Of a stretch of DNA of 64,000 nt, positions 1-11,190 are shown piece after piece. The translations under genes and the position numbers were made by a program. The notes below the pieces were generated by a model, which did no database searches, was not told the DNA's origin, and saw only the letters and a list, made by a program, of their open reading frames with translations. The DNA lies in NCBI GenBank assembly GCA_963839575.1, contig CAWIVQ010000003.1, positions 2,432,601 through 2,496,600 of the forward strand, written 5' to 3'. Position 1 is the first letter of the stretch. Each line of letters begins with the position of its first letter. The stretch comes from an uncultured Actinomycetes bacterium. Lineage in GTDB: Bacteria; Actinomycetota; Acidimicrobiia; IMCC26256; PALSA-610.

Positions 1-19
1 GCTGCCGATCGGTCCGGCG

Positions 20-820
20 ATGATGATCGGGGTCCTGTACCTGAAGCTCGACGCCTTGATGGTCGCGGCGTTGGGTACCCGCGCCGCCGTCGGGGTCTAC
101 GGTGCCGCGTACCAGCCGATCGAGTATCTCTTCCTCGCGTCGGCGGTGGTCGTCCAGGTCGTGTTCCCGCTCCTCGCTCGAGAGCGCGGCCGCGACCCAG
201 CCGCATTCACGCGCATGTACCGCCGCGGAACCGATCTCATCCTCACCGCGGTGGTCCCGGTTTCGATCGTGCTCGCGATCTCGGCCCGGCCGCTCGTGCA
301 GGCGGCGTACCGCGACCAGTACCACGGCTCCGCGGGGCCGATGATGCTGCTCGCCGTAGCGCTCGTCTTCATGGCGGTGAACGTTTGGCAGGGTCTTGTG
401 CTTCTGGCGGCCAATCGCCAGGGCGCGAACCTCGTCTACCTGTCGCTCGCCGTCGTGCTCAACGTCGCGCTCGACGTCTTCTTCATCCCGTGGCTCGGCC
501 CGTCGGGCGCGGCCTGGGGGACGCTGCTCAGCGCCGGATTCCTCGCGGTGAGCTCGACGGTCGCGGTCGCCCGGCTGGCGGACGCGACACTCGCGGCCTC
601 GAACCTCCTGCGCGTACTGAGCGCAAACGCGATCTTGGGCCTGACGGTCGGCGGGCTGCGGCTGCTCGGGGTGAACTGGGTTCTGGCGCCGATGGTCGGC
701 GGCGTCCTCTACGTACCGGCGCTCGCCCTGTGCGGCGTGTTCGACCGGACCGAGCTGCGCGCGATTCTGCGTCGGGACGAAGCCGTCGCGGCCGAACTCG
801 TCCCGGGAGGTGCGGCGTGA
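20..820 (+). CDS. Polysaccharide flippase (Wzx/MOP family), 5'-truncated by window edge
   Basis: Multi-TM protein with LKLDALMV...AVGVYGAAY and LNVALDVFFIPWLGPSGAAWGT, the typical flippase C-terminus; heads a glycan operon. Confidence 0.85.
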   Translation: MMIGVLYLKLDALMVAALGTRAAVGVYGAAYQPIEYLFLASAVVVQVVFPLLARERGRDPAAFTRMYRRGTDLILTAVVPVSIVLAISARPLVQAAYRDQYHGSAGPMMLLAVALVFMAVNVWQGLVLLAANRQGANLVYLSLAVVLNVALDVFFIPWLGPSGAAWGTLLSAGFLAVSSTVAVARLADATLAASNLLRVLSANAILGLTVGGLRLLGVNWVLAPMVGGVLYVPALALCGVFDRTELRAILRRDEAVAAELVPGGAA

Positions 821-1837
821 ACGAGGCGCCCACGTTCTCGGTGATCTTCCCGACCTACAACCGGTGTGACGTCGTGGAGCGGACGATCCGGCACCTGCTC
901 GCGCAGGACTACCCGGACGATCGTTATGAGGTCATCGCCGTCGACAACTCCAGTGACGGCACTCCCGAGATGGTCGAGCGGCTCGCGGCCGAGTCGGAGA
1001 GCCGCGAGGGTGCGCGGGTCCGGCTCGTGCGGTCGGAGGATCGCCTGCCGGCCGTGAAACGCAATCGGGGTCTCGACGTGGCGACGGGAGAGTATGCCTT
1101 CTTCGTCAACGACGACATGTGGTTCGAGCCCGACGCGATGGCCCAGCACGCCCGCGTGCATCGGGCGCACGCGGAACCGGTCGCGGTCCTGGGCTCGTGC
1201 CGGCAGTCGCCCGAGATGCCGCCGACGCCGTTCACCGAGTTCTACGAGCCGTTCATGTACGACCGGCTGGCGGGGCGTGCCGGCCGGCCGGTGCCGTACG
1301 AATTTCTTCTGGAGCATGAACCTGTCGCTGCCCCGGCAGGTGATGCTCGAGCGCAACCTGGTGTTCCACGAAGACTGGGCGCACATCGGCCACGAAGACG
1401 TCGAGCTCGGATGGCGGTGGACACGTGCCGGCCTGAGTGCCATCTACGCGCCCGACGCCCGCGCCGATCACTACCACCCGCACACGGTCGAGAGCGCGTG
1501 TCGCGTCCAGGAGTCGATTGGGCGCGGGTTGCGCGATCTCGAAGTGCTCATCGACGATCCCGCGCTGCTCGAGCGCTACGGCGTGCTCACGCCGAAGAGC
1601 TCGTGGCGAGGCGTCGCACGCGGTGGCGCCCGCGAGTTGCTCTTCAATCGCTATACCGCGCCCTCGTGCGTGCGTTGGCTCGACAGCCGCACGAAGAACA
1701 CGGCCCTGACCCGATGGATGTACTGGAAGGTGCTCATCGCGTACGCGAACGCCGGCTACCGCCGGGAGCCGCGGCGTAGTCCGACGCCGCTCGTCGTGCG
1801 CTCCCCGCTCGAGGCGCCGGTCCGGAGCGCGTCATGA
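817..1837 (+). CDS. Glycosyltransferase family 2 (frameshift ~1305)
   Basis: GTG overlaps the upstream TGA; FSVIFPTYNR, VIAVDNSSDGT, FVNDD in one frame and GHEDVELGWR in the next. Confidence 0.85.
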
Positions 1838-4800
1838 GCGAGACCATGACCCCCGACACCAGCGCACCCCGCCCGTCCTGGAGCGAACGCCACACGGGAC
1901 TCACGGTGTGGGCGGCCGCATTCGCGGCCGGCATCGTGGCGACGATGGCGGGCTTCCTCGGGATCAAGGGCGTCGCCGGCGTCGCGGCCCTGTTCACGTT
2001 CGTCACGATCCTGCTCCTCGTGACCAAACGGGAGGAGGTCCTCCTCGCCACGGCGACGCTCGCGATCTTCGCCCTCTTGCACAAGTCGTTCAGCACGAAG
2101 CACGTCGACGTCTCCGGCGGCCCGATCTCGATCTACATCTCGTCGTTCGACCTCATGATGTTCGTCCTCTGGTTCACGTGGTGGGTCCGCGGCCCGCGCG
2201 CGATGCTCGAGCAACTTCGCAGCGCGTTCCGGCGGCCGGTGATGTGGGCTCCGATCTTCGGATTCGCACTCCTCATGCCCAGCCTGCTCTCGGCGCCGGT
2301 TACCGACCTCGCGCTCGCCGAGGTCGTGAGGATGATGTCGGCCGTCGCGGTGTTCGTCTACTTCGCGGTGCGGATCCGGACCAAGAACCAGGTCTGGATC
2401 GTGCTGGGAGCGCTCGGCGCGGGGCTGTGCGGCGAGGTCCTGATCGTCGCGGGTCAGTACGTCACCCACGGCGCCCTCGGCATGTCGGCGTTCGGTACGC
2501 CCGCGCAGCTGAACAACCGCTTCGATGGTTACGACGCCCTGCGCCCGTTCGGGACGATCGTGCACCCGGTGTTCCTCGGCGCGTTCGTCGGGCCGTGCGC
2601 GCTGATGGCGTACAGCTTCGCGGTGAACCTGCGCTCCACCCGGCTGCGCCTGGTTTGCTTGGCCGGCGCCGCGCTCGGTGTGACGCCCATCTTCTTCGCC
2701 GACGCCCGGTCGGCCGCCTTCGGAATCGCGCCCGCGTTCGTCATTCTCACGATCGCGTTCATCGTGACCGGCCGGCTGACCCGCGCGTGCTGAAGATCTC
2801 GCTCGGAGTGATCGCGGTGCTGCTGGTGCTGCTGTATCCGTTCGTGTCGAGCTTCGTCACGCGCAGCTTCGAGAGCCGTTCGGGCGGCAAGCCGACCCGC
2901 ACCGCGACCTGTACACGCGCCATCGACGCGGCCACGACCTGCAGCAGCCACTTCGCGTACGAGTGGCGCGCCCGCATGCAGCTCAACGAGCTCGGCCTCA
3001 AGGTCTGGAAAGACCAGCCGCTCGTGGGCGCGGGCCTGAACAACTTCGAGCAGGTCATGAGCAAGTACGACACCTACGGCCTGATCTTCACCGATGCCCC
3101 GGTGCACAACCTGTATCTCCTGCAGATGGCCGAGAGCGGACTCCTCGGTTTGGCGGGCCTGTTCGTGCTCGCGCTCCCGCTGTTCCTCGTCGCGGTCCGG
3201 CTCGCGCGGTCAAAGGACCGTCTGTACTCGGCGATCGGGTTCGGCGTCACGGGCATGTTCATCTTCTTCGCAGTCGAAGAGATGCTCGAATTCTCCCTAC
3301 GCCAGGAGCAGCCGCGCGCGCTGTTCTTCATGTTCGCGGGCCTGGCCGTCGCGTGTTCGCGGCTCGCCGGTCTCGACCGGCCCCGACCGGTCCTGCGAAC
3401 TCGCCGGATGCAACCGCCGCCGCCTACGAACGGCGATCGGCCCGCAGGTCGCGGTGGCGCGCGGACTGGCGCGCGCCGGGGTCCGCGGACGCTTTCTCGT
3501 CACAGCCTGCGCAACGTCTCCCGGTTCGCGGTGGCCGGATCGCGTCGGGCGATGCACCGGGGCGGCCGCGCGATTCAGGGTGGCCGAAAGCGTGCCGCCG
3601 TCGACCTGCGGAGTGCGTTCGCGCGGCCCGCCCGAACCCGCTCGGAGCGACTCGCGGCGAGCCGGCGACGGCGGCGCCAGGTCGTGTCGACGTCACTCGC
3701 GGGCATGATGCTCGCGGTAACCGGTACGACGTTCGCAGCCGGTGCACCGCCGGAGCCCGATCCCTCGGTCGCGGGGTTGAGCATCGTGTTCTCCGCGTTC
3801 AATCGCACGACCCACAAGCGAGGTATCTACACCGTCAACGGCGACGGCACGAACCTGCGCCAGATCTCGCCGAACGACGGTCGTGACTTCAGCTGGCCGA
3901 CGTGGGCGTTCAACGGTCAGGGCATCTCGTTCACATCGCGCTCGACGGGGGAGTCCGAACCGGTCTCGGTGATGAACCCCGACGGCACCAACATCCGGCC
4001 CATCACCAACAACCCGTGGCGGAACGCGCAGCCGATCATCGCGCCCGATGGCAAGTCAATGCTGTTCACGTCGTTCTGGAACGAGTACCAGAAGGTCGCG
4101 ATCTACCGCATGGACTTCGCGACGGGCGCGGTCACGAACCTGTCGATCGTCGGCTCGCAGTCGGGTGCGTTCGACTCCGACCCGGCGATCGCGTCCGACG
4201 GACAGATCGTCTTCATCGACGCGCGCGACCCGAACAACGGATCGAACCGTCCGGGGCAAGTGTCGATCATGAACGGCGACGGATCCGGGCGGCGGCTCAT
4301 CACCGACGACGGCCTGTACAACACCGACCCGCAACCGTCGCCGAACGTGCAGAACGTGGCGATCGCGCGTTACGTCGGGTCGGGCTCGCCGCACGCACCG
4401 AACTCGTCGAATCCCTTCCAGACGAAGCTGCAGGACTTCGTGCTCATCAACCACAACGTCGCGACGGGCGCGGAACGGAAGCTCACCGCGGGTCAAGCCT
4501 GCTACACGCGCTGCTGACGGCGACCCGTGTACGCCGGCGGAGGGTCCCGCGTACGTTCCCCAGTGGACACCCGACGGCAGCGCGATCGGGTACATGTCGG
4601 TGCTCTCCGCCAACCGCACCTGCATCTGTGTCGTCAACCAGGACGGGAGCTCGCCGCGGGTCGTGGTCGAGTCGACGGCGCTCGCGATCAACTGGTTCAG
4701 CTGGGTGCGTCCGGGCCCACCCCGGCCGGGCTCGATCACCGACCCGAAGCCGCAGAGCGACCTGACGTCGGAGCGGATGATCATCACCGGGACCACCCGC

Positions 4801-5829
4801 GCCGGCAAGCACGTGGTCATCGAGACGACACCGGATCGATTCGGCGATCAGGTCATCCCGGTTCCCAACGAGCTCGGCGCCCAGTCGGCGACGCTCTCGC
4901 CGGACCGCCGCGAGATCCTGTTCGACGGTAACGCGCTGTTCGATCCGAAAGCGACGATCCAATACGGGCCCGCGCCTCCACCGGGCGTCGGGCGGACGCG
5001 CCACTACACGATCGGCTCTTTGCGCCAGTACTACACGGACCCGTCGATCCTGCGGCAGGCGACGGCCGGACGGCAGGTGTGGTCGCTCGATCTTTCGCGC
5101 CCGGGCCCGCCGACGCAACTGACGACCATCGGCACCGAGGACTATCGCGACGCGATTCCCGACGGTGAGGCGCGCGGCAATATCACGCCATCCGTATCGC
5201 CCGACGGCAGGTACGTGATCTTCACGAACGTGTCGACGGTGGACACCGAGTCGTTCGTGCTGCGGCTCGACACCAAGACGGGTGAGGTCCTCAACCTGAC
5301 GAACGCGACCGCGGGCGCGGTCGGCGTGGCCGACGCGCAGGCGACGTGGTCGCCGGACTCGAAGCACGTCCTGTTCTCGTCGAACGGGCTCGACGGCATG
5401 CAGATCTGGGAGATGGACGCCGACGGCTACCACGCGCACAAGCTCACCGACGACAACTACATCAACATGATGCCGACGTGGTCGCCGGACGGCCGGTACG
5501 TCGTTTACGCGAGCTACCGGGGTGCGGACGTCGGGGCGACCGGAGGCCAGGACCTCCCGGTCGCCGCCGCGAACGGGAAGGTCGACCTGAAGCACTGGGT
5601 GCTGGTCCGCCTCGACCTCGCGACCGGCGAGCGAAGGATCCTCGTGCAGAGCAGCCAGTCGCCGATGTTCCGGCCGGTGTACGACCCCGACGGCTCGAAG
5701 ATCTACTACATCGGGATCAGCGGTCCGCCCCTGCAATCGGACGTGTACGTGGTCGACGCGAACGGTGGCATCGGGCGGCCGTTGCAGGTGACGACGGAGA
5801 CCTTCGAGACGGCGGTCTCGATCCGATGA
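1834..5829 (+). CDS. O-antigen ligase/Wzy-like membrane protein followed in frame by TolB-like (PD40) beta-propeller domains (frameshifts ~2790, ~4515)
   Basis: RPFGTIVHP, PLVGAGLNNF and VHNLYLLQMAESGLLG (Wzy_C/O-antigen ligase motifs), then repeated P(T/S)WSPDG / IYTVNGDGTNLRQ PD40 motifs; may be two genes. Confidence 0.7.
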
Positions 5830-6786
5830 CGGCATCGTCGGTGTCCCGGCGCGAAGCCGGCGATCCCCGCAGTCAGCGCGGTGATCGTGAACTGGAACAC
5901 CTGCGACCTCCTCGACGAGTGCTTGCAGAGCCTGCGCGCGTTCGCGGATCCGCGGCCCGAGATCGTGGTCGTCGACAACGGCTCCACCGACGGTTCGGTC
6001 GAGATGCTGGCCGAGCACTGGCCCGACGTGCAGGTGATCGTCAACGCGACGAACCGCGGTTATCAGGCCGCGAACAACCAGGGGATGCGCGCCGCGCGCG
6101 GCGACGCGCTCCTGCTCATCAACGCGGATGCCATGCTCACGGCCGGTTGCCTCGACGCGCTGTTGGACCGGCTCGCGACCGATCCCCGGGCCGCGATCGT
6201 CGGGCCCCGGCTGGTGTACGGCGACGAGTCGTTCCAGCGTTGGACGGCGGGCCGGCTGCCGTCATTGGCCGCGGCCGCCTCGTACTTCTTCTTCTTCGAC
6301 CGGTTCCGGCCGCGGTCGGGCCTCTGGCTCGGACGCGACGTCGACACCGCTTTCCAGCCGGGTTGGGTCTCGAGCGCGTGCATGGTGGTGCGCCGTGACG
6401 CCCTGGCCGACATCGGGCTGATGGACGAGCGGTTCTTCGCGTACATGGACGACGTCGACCTCTGCGCGCGCGCCGGGGATGCCGGGTGGACCGTGTGGTA
6501 CGAGCCGGCCGCGACGGCGATCCATCTCATGGGCCAGAGCACGAAGCGGCGGACGGGCGAGGCATCGCCGCTGGCACTGCAGTCGTTCATCCGCTGGTTC
6601 GGCATGCGCCGCGGCGCGCTCTCCCTCGCGCTGTTCCGGGCCATGGCCGCGGTGGGCTTTTCCTTGCGAGCCGCGATCTACGGCGTCGCGAGCCTGCGTG
6701 ACGGGCACCAGCGCGGCGCAGCGCGCGCGCATCTCACCAACGCGCGGCGGAGTCTCGCCGCCATCGGGAAAGGAACGACTGCATGA
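5826..6786 (+). CDS. Glycosyltransferase family 2 (WbbL-like rhamnosyl/hexosyltransferase; frameshift near start)
   Basis: IVNWNT, VVVDNGSTDGS, LLINAD, SACMVVRR, MDERFFAYMDDVDLC. Confidence 0.88.
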
Positions 6787-7616
6787 GTGCGTCGTCGCGG
6801 TCGTTGCGCCAGCAACACGAAGCGGAGGTCTACGACGCGCGCGCGGGCGATCTGGCCGGGACGCTGCGCGACGCCGATCTCGTGGTCGACCCCCTGCGTC
6901 CGCCGTACCCGAATCGCGAGCACGTCGAGTTCCTCGACTTCGTCTTCTCGCAGCTCGGCGATCCGGCCGGGAAGCGCATCCTCGAGGTGGGATGCGGAAG
7001 CGGGAATCTCTCGACCTATCTCGCCTTGCGTGGCGCCAAGGCGGTGGGGGTCGACGTCAGCGACGGGATGCTCGCGCTCGCCCGGCGCCGGGCGGAGGTG
7101 AACGGCGTCTCGGCCAACGTGGAGCTCATCGGCATGCCGGTCGAGGATCTCGATCAACCGGGCGGCAGCTTCGACGCGGTCGTCGCGAACCAGGTCCTGC
7201 ATCACCTGGAGCTTTCGCGCGCGATGCCGAACATCGCCCGCCTGATCGGGACGTCGGGCATCGCGCTGTTCGCCGAGCCGGTCCTACTCCTGCCCGAGTG
7301 GGTCCGCCGCGCCCGTTACTCGCGCCCCGTGACCCGCGTGTTCCCCGCGCGGACGGATACGCCCGACGAGCGCTCCATCGACCTACGCGACCTCGCGTCG
7401 ATCCGGTCCGCGTTCGCAGTGAGTGAAGTCCATCCCTTTCAACTCACGACCAGACTGCAGAACTTCGTCGAGCTCTCCGATGGCGTCTTCGCGCGGATGG
7501 AGCGTTTCGATCACTCGTTGCTCACGCGGGTTCCCGGAGCGATGCGCCTGGCCCGATATGTCGTGCTCGTGTGTCGCGGCGCGGCTGGATCCCACACCAT
7601 GGAGAGGACGCAATGA
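6783..7616 (+). CDS. Class I SAM-dependent methyltransferase
   Basis: ILEVGCGSG motif I, GVDVSDGML, SFDAVV...VLHH. Confidence 0.88.
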   Translation: MSASSRSLRQQHEAEVYDARAGDLAGTLRDADLVVDPLRPPYPNREHVEFLDFVFSQLGDPAGKRILEVGCGSGNLSTYLALRGAKAVGVDVSDGMLALARRRAEVNGVSANVELIGMPVEDLDQPGGSFDAVVANQVLHHLELSRAMPNIARLIGTSGIALFAEPVLLLPEWVRRARYSRPVTRVFPARTDTPDERSIDLRDLASIRSAFAVSEVHPFQLTTRLQNFVELSDGVFARMERFDHSLLTRVPGAMRLARYVVLVCRGAAGSHTMERTQ

Positions 7617-8620
7617 AGGTGCTCGTCACCGGCTCGGCCGGCATGCTCGGAAGTGGACTGGTCCCTGCGTTCGTCGCGGCCGGTCATGACGTCGTCGCGA
7701 CCGACATCAAGCTCGACAATCGCCGGCCGTGGGGAGCGGGCGGGCCGGTCCTGTCCCACCTCGACGTGCGCGACCGGGACCAGGTCAAGGACGCGTTCCG
7801 CGAAGTTGCGCCCGATCTCGTCTGCCACCTCGCGGCGGAGACGTCGCTCGAATACTCCGACGCCCACGACGAGCACGCGTACGCGACGAACACGCTGGCG
7901 ACGAAGTTCGTAGCGCTCGAAGCCGGTCGCCGCGATGTCGATCTCGTCTACATCAGCACGGCGGGCGTGTTCGACGGCGCCAAGGCCGACGCGTATCACG
8001 AGTGGGACGAGGCGAACCCGCTGAACGTGTACGGCAAGACCAAGTACGAGGGCGAGCTCCTGGTCGAGCGCTACGCGCCGCGTTCCTACATCGTGCGCGC
8101 CGGATGGATGGTCGGCGGCGGTGCGAAGGATCACAAGTTCGTCGCCAAGATCATCCAGCAGATCCGCGCCGGGCGCACGACGCTGTACGCGGTCGGCGAC
8201 AAGCTGGGAACGCCCACCTACGTCCCCGACTTCGCGCGCACGCTGCACGGCCTCGTCGCAACCGGCTCGTACGGTCGCTACCACATGGTCTGCGAAGGTG
8301 GCGGCAGTCGCTACGACGTCGCCCGCGAGATCCTCGCAATCTGTGGCCTCTCCGACGACGTCGAGTTGGTCGAGGTCGGCTCCGACTTCTTCGCCGAGGA
8401 GTATTCGTCGGTCCGGCCCCGCTCCGAGATCATGCGCAACATGCACCTGAACCTCCAGGGCCTGAACACCATGCGGCCCTGGCAGGTCGCGCTGGCCGAG
8501 TATCTCCACACGGAATTCGGCGATCTGGTGCGCGACGCGCGCGAAGTCCGCTTCATCGACCTGGTCGCATCCGAAGTCGAACCGAGCTACGCCGCGATGC
8601 AGGACGAGGCCGCGCAATGA
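7613..8620 (+). CDS. dTDP-4-dehydrorhamnose reductase (RmlD)-like NDP-sugar reductase
   Basis: VLVTGSAGMLG, YISTAGVFDG, NPLNVYGKTKYEGE (YxxxK), GTPTYV, RPRS. Confidence 0.85.
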   Translation: MKVLVTGSAGMLGSGLVPAFVAAGHDVVATDIKLDNRRPWGAGGPVLSHLDVRDRDQVKDAFREVAPDLVCHLAAETSLEYSDAHDEHAYATNTLATKFVALEAGRRDVDLVYISTAGVFDGAKADAYHEWDEANPLNVYGKTKYEGELLVERYAPRSYIVRAGWMVGGGAKDHKFVAKIIQQIRAGRTTLYAVGDKLGTPTYVPDFARTLHGLVATGSYGRYHMVCEGGGSRYDVAREILAICGLSDDVELVEVGSDFFAEEYSSVRPRSEIMRNMHLNLQGLNTMRPWQVALAEYLHTEFGDLVRDAREVRFIDLVASEVEPSYAAMQDEAAQ

Positions 8621-9729
8621 CGTCGATCCACGACCAGACCCAACCCGACGCCCTGGGCGACCCGGCCGCGCAGCGCACGGTGGCGGTCGTCATGCCGATC
8701 CCGAATGATCCCGACTGGAGCATCTTCGAGGAGATCCCCGAGGACATCGCGATCATCGTCTCGGACGACAGTGACGGGAAGCTCGCGCCTCCGCCGCGCG
8801 CCAACGTGACCTATTGGGACTTCTCTGCCCAGCGCGAGTTCATGGGTGCGCACTACGACGCGATCCCGCACAAGAGCGCGGCGTGCCGCAATTTCGGCCA
8901 CGTCGTCGCCTACCGGGAGGGTTACGACGTCGTCGTCGCGCTCGACTACGACTGCAAGGTGCCGCGCGGATGGCTCGAAGCGCATCTCGCGGCGCTGACC
9001 CACGTGGTCGACGCGCCCGCGCTCGAGCCCGAGCGCGAGAACGGCTGGGTCAACTCCCTCAACGCGGAAGGCTGGTACGCCCGCGGCTACCCGTACGAGT
9101 TGCGCAACCCGATCGACGCGCGGATGCGCTCGACGACCGTGACCGGCGATGTCGTGTTGCACATGGGACTGTGGAATCGCATCGTCGACCTCAATGGCAT
9201 CGACCGCTTCCCGCCGCACGAGGCGCCGTACGAGCCCGGGCTCTACGGTCCCGAGCCGCGCATCGCGCAGGGCAACATCCCCGTGTGCGGAATGAACACG
9301 TCGTTCGTGCGCGAGCTGACGCCCGCGTACTTCTTCCTGCCCGATCTCTGGGTGGAAGACGGTTCGCCGGGCGGTTGGCAGCTGTCACGCCACGACGACA
9401 TCTGGGGTGGCTACGTCGTCAAGAAGCTCATGGACCGCCACGGTCACCTCTTCTCGTTCGGCGCGCCGATCGTCGAGCACACCCGCCTCACCGCGGGGGA
9501 GAAGACCGCGAAGATCGAGCACTACATGCACCTTCTCGCGAACGACTTCTTCCCGCTCGTCGACGAGGCGGCGGCGCGCGTCGCGGTCCGCGACTACGAC
9601 GTGATGTTCGCCGACTTCACCGAGGAGTTCATGTCGGAGGTCGGCCGGTCGCGCGCGCCGCGCCACTTCGTCGACATCTACCGCCGGCTCGGTGAGTCGA
9701 TGCAGAGGTGGGCGGCGGTGTTCTCCTGA
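8617..9729 (+). CDS. Reversibly glycosylated polypeptide (RGP/GT75, UDP-arabinopyranose mutase)-like protein
   Basis: SAACRNFG, ALDYDC, ARGYPYELR, HMGLW, PVCGMNTSF and RHDDIWGG parallel plant RGP motifs SACRCFG, IDDDC, VRGYPFSLR, HGLW, PMCGMNLAF and RYDDMWAG. Confidence 0.75.
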   Translation: MTSIHDQTQPDALGDPAAQRTVAVVMPIPNDPDWSIFEEIPEDIAIIVSDDSDGKLAPPPRANVTYWDFSAQREFMGAHYDAIPHKSAACRNFGHVVAYREGYDVVVALDYDCKVPRGWLEAHLAALTHVVDAPALEPERENGWVNSLNAEGWYARGYPYELRNPIDARMRSTTVTGDVVLHMGLWNRIVDLNGIDRFPPHEAPYEPGLYGPEPRIAQGNIPVCGMNTSFVRELTPAYFFLPDLWVEDGSPGGWQLSRHDDIWGGYVVKKLMDRHGHLFSFGAPIVEHTRLTAGEKTAKIEHYMHLLANDFFPLVDEAAARVAVRDYDVMFADFTEEFMSEVGRSRAPRHFVDIYRRLGESMQRWAAVFS

Positions 9730-9730
9730 C

Positions 9731-10840
9731 GTGGACGGCCCCGTCCGAGTTGCGCTCGACGCCACGGCTCTGGGGTCGGGTCGCGGCGGCGACGAGTCAT
9801 ACGTCAGCGGATTGGTCGACGGGCTCGTCGCGACCGCGCGCGACGGCGACGCGGTGGTGCTCTACGTCCGTCCTGGCACGGCGGTGCCCGATCATCCGTC
9901 GATCCGCGGCGTCGAGTTGCGGCCGAGCGGCTCGTTGCGGTTGCTCGGTTCGCTCTCGGTCCGGGCGGCGCGAGACAAAGGGCTGTTCGTCGGCTACACG
10001 CACCTTCCCGTCGCCGTTCGCAAACCGGCCGCGCTGGTCGTGACCGACCTGTCGTTCCGGCACCGGCCCCACGACTATCCGCTCGCGGCGCGGCAACGGT
10101 TGAATGCTCTGGTACCGCGCCAGGCCCGAGCCGCGGCGGGGGTGATCACCATCAGCGAGTTCTGCCGGCGCGATCTGGTCGAGAGCTATCGGCTCGATCC
10201 GGCGCGGGTTCACGTCGTGCCCTCCGCGGTCACCCCACCCGCCGATCTCGACGCGGACGCCCTCGCGCGGGTCCGGAACGAGCTCCGGATGCGGGGAATC
10301 GACCGCCCGTTCGTCCTGTATCTCGGGAATCTGCACCCGCGCAAGAACGTCGCGCGGCTCATCCGCGCGTTCACGGCGGCCGCGGTCGATGGCGTGCAGC
10401 TCGTCCTCGCGGGGGGCAGGTGGTGGCGCGGCGGCGGGGAGGAGGCGGCGCTGGACGACGCGCGCCCGGGAACGGTCGTAGCGCTCGGCCGGGTCGGCGA
10501 GGATGCGCGCTCGTACCTGTTGCGCAACACGCTCGCGCTCGCGTACCCGTCCCGCTTCGAGGGGTTCGGGCTCCCTCCGGTCGAGGCGATGAGCGTCGGC
10601 ACGCCCGTGCTCGCGTCGGACGCGGCGGCGATCCCGGAGACATGTGGCGAGGCCGCGCTGCTCGTCGACGCGAGCAGGGTCGAGACCCTCGCCGCTGGCA
10701 TCATGCAGATCGTCACCGACCGCGGGTGCCGCGAGCGGTTGGCATCGGCCGGCGTCGCGCGTGCCGCGGAGTTCAGCATCGAACGCACCGGTCGAGCCGG
10801 GCGCGCCGCGATCGCGCAGATGCTCGAAGAAGTGTCGTAG
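9731..10840 (+). CDS. Glycosyltransferase family 4 (GT-B)
   Basis: YLGNLHPRKNV, YPSRFEGFGLPPVEAMSVGTPVLAS. Confidence 0.92.
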   Translation: MDGPVRVALDATALGSGRGGDESYVSGLVDGLVATARDGDAVVLYVRPGTAVPDHPSIRGVELRPSGSLRLLGSLSVRAARDKGLFVGYTHLPVAVRKPAALVVTDLSFRHRPHDYPLAARQRLNALVPRQARAAAGVITISEFCRRDLVESYRLDPARVHVVPSAVTPPADLDADALARVRNELRMRGIDRPFVLYLGNLHPRKNVARLIRAFTAAAVDGVQLVLAGGRWWRGGGEEAALDDARPGTVVALGRVGEDARSYLLRNTLALAYPSRFEGFGLPPVEAMSVGTPVLASDAAAIPETCGEAALLVDASRVETLAAGIMQIVTDRGCRERLASAGVARAAEFSIERTGRAGRAAIAQMLEEVS

Positions 10841-10999
10841 TCGCGACGGTCGCGTCAGCCCGGCGGCGCGCCGAACGGTGGGATCGACGAAACGCGGGGC
10901 AGACTCGCGGGCGCGCATGTCCTGCGGTGCTCGCCCTCGCAGCCGTCGGAAGACGCGACGGGCGGTTTCGGTCCGGTGGATCGAAGCGGCGTTGCCGCA

Positions 11000-11122
11000 G
11001 TGCAGGGCTTGGCGTTGGTGACCCATGCTGTGGGCGCGCCCGTGCCCGAGGGTGTCGTCGAGGTTGTGGTTGATGCTCTCGGCGTCGTAGCGACGCCGGC
11101 AGAGGCGTTGGAAGTCGGGATC
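11000..11122 (-). pseudogene. Degenerate C-terminal fragment of a DDE (IS4/IS5-like) transposase
   Basis: Minus strand reads DPDFQRLCRRRYDAESINHNLDDTLGHGRAHSMGHQRQ, resembling the (Y)xxRxxxE motif; in-frame TAG just upstream at 11129-11131. Confidence 0.5.
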
Positions 11123-11190
11123 CCTCGACTAGGTTTGCCGACGCTGCGCAAGATCAGAGGGGTCTCGGCGCTGAACGGGGGGCGGATCCG

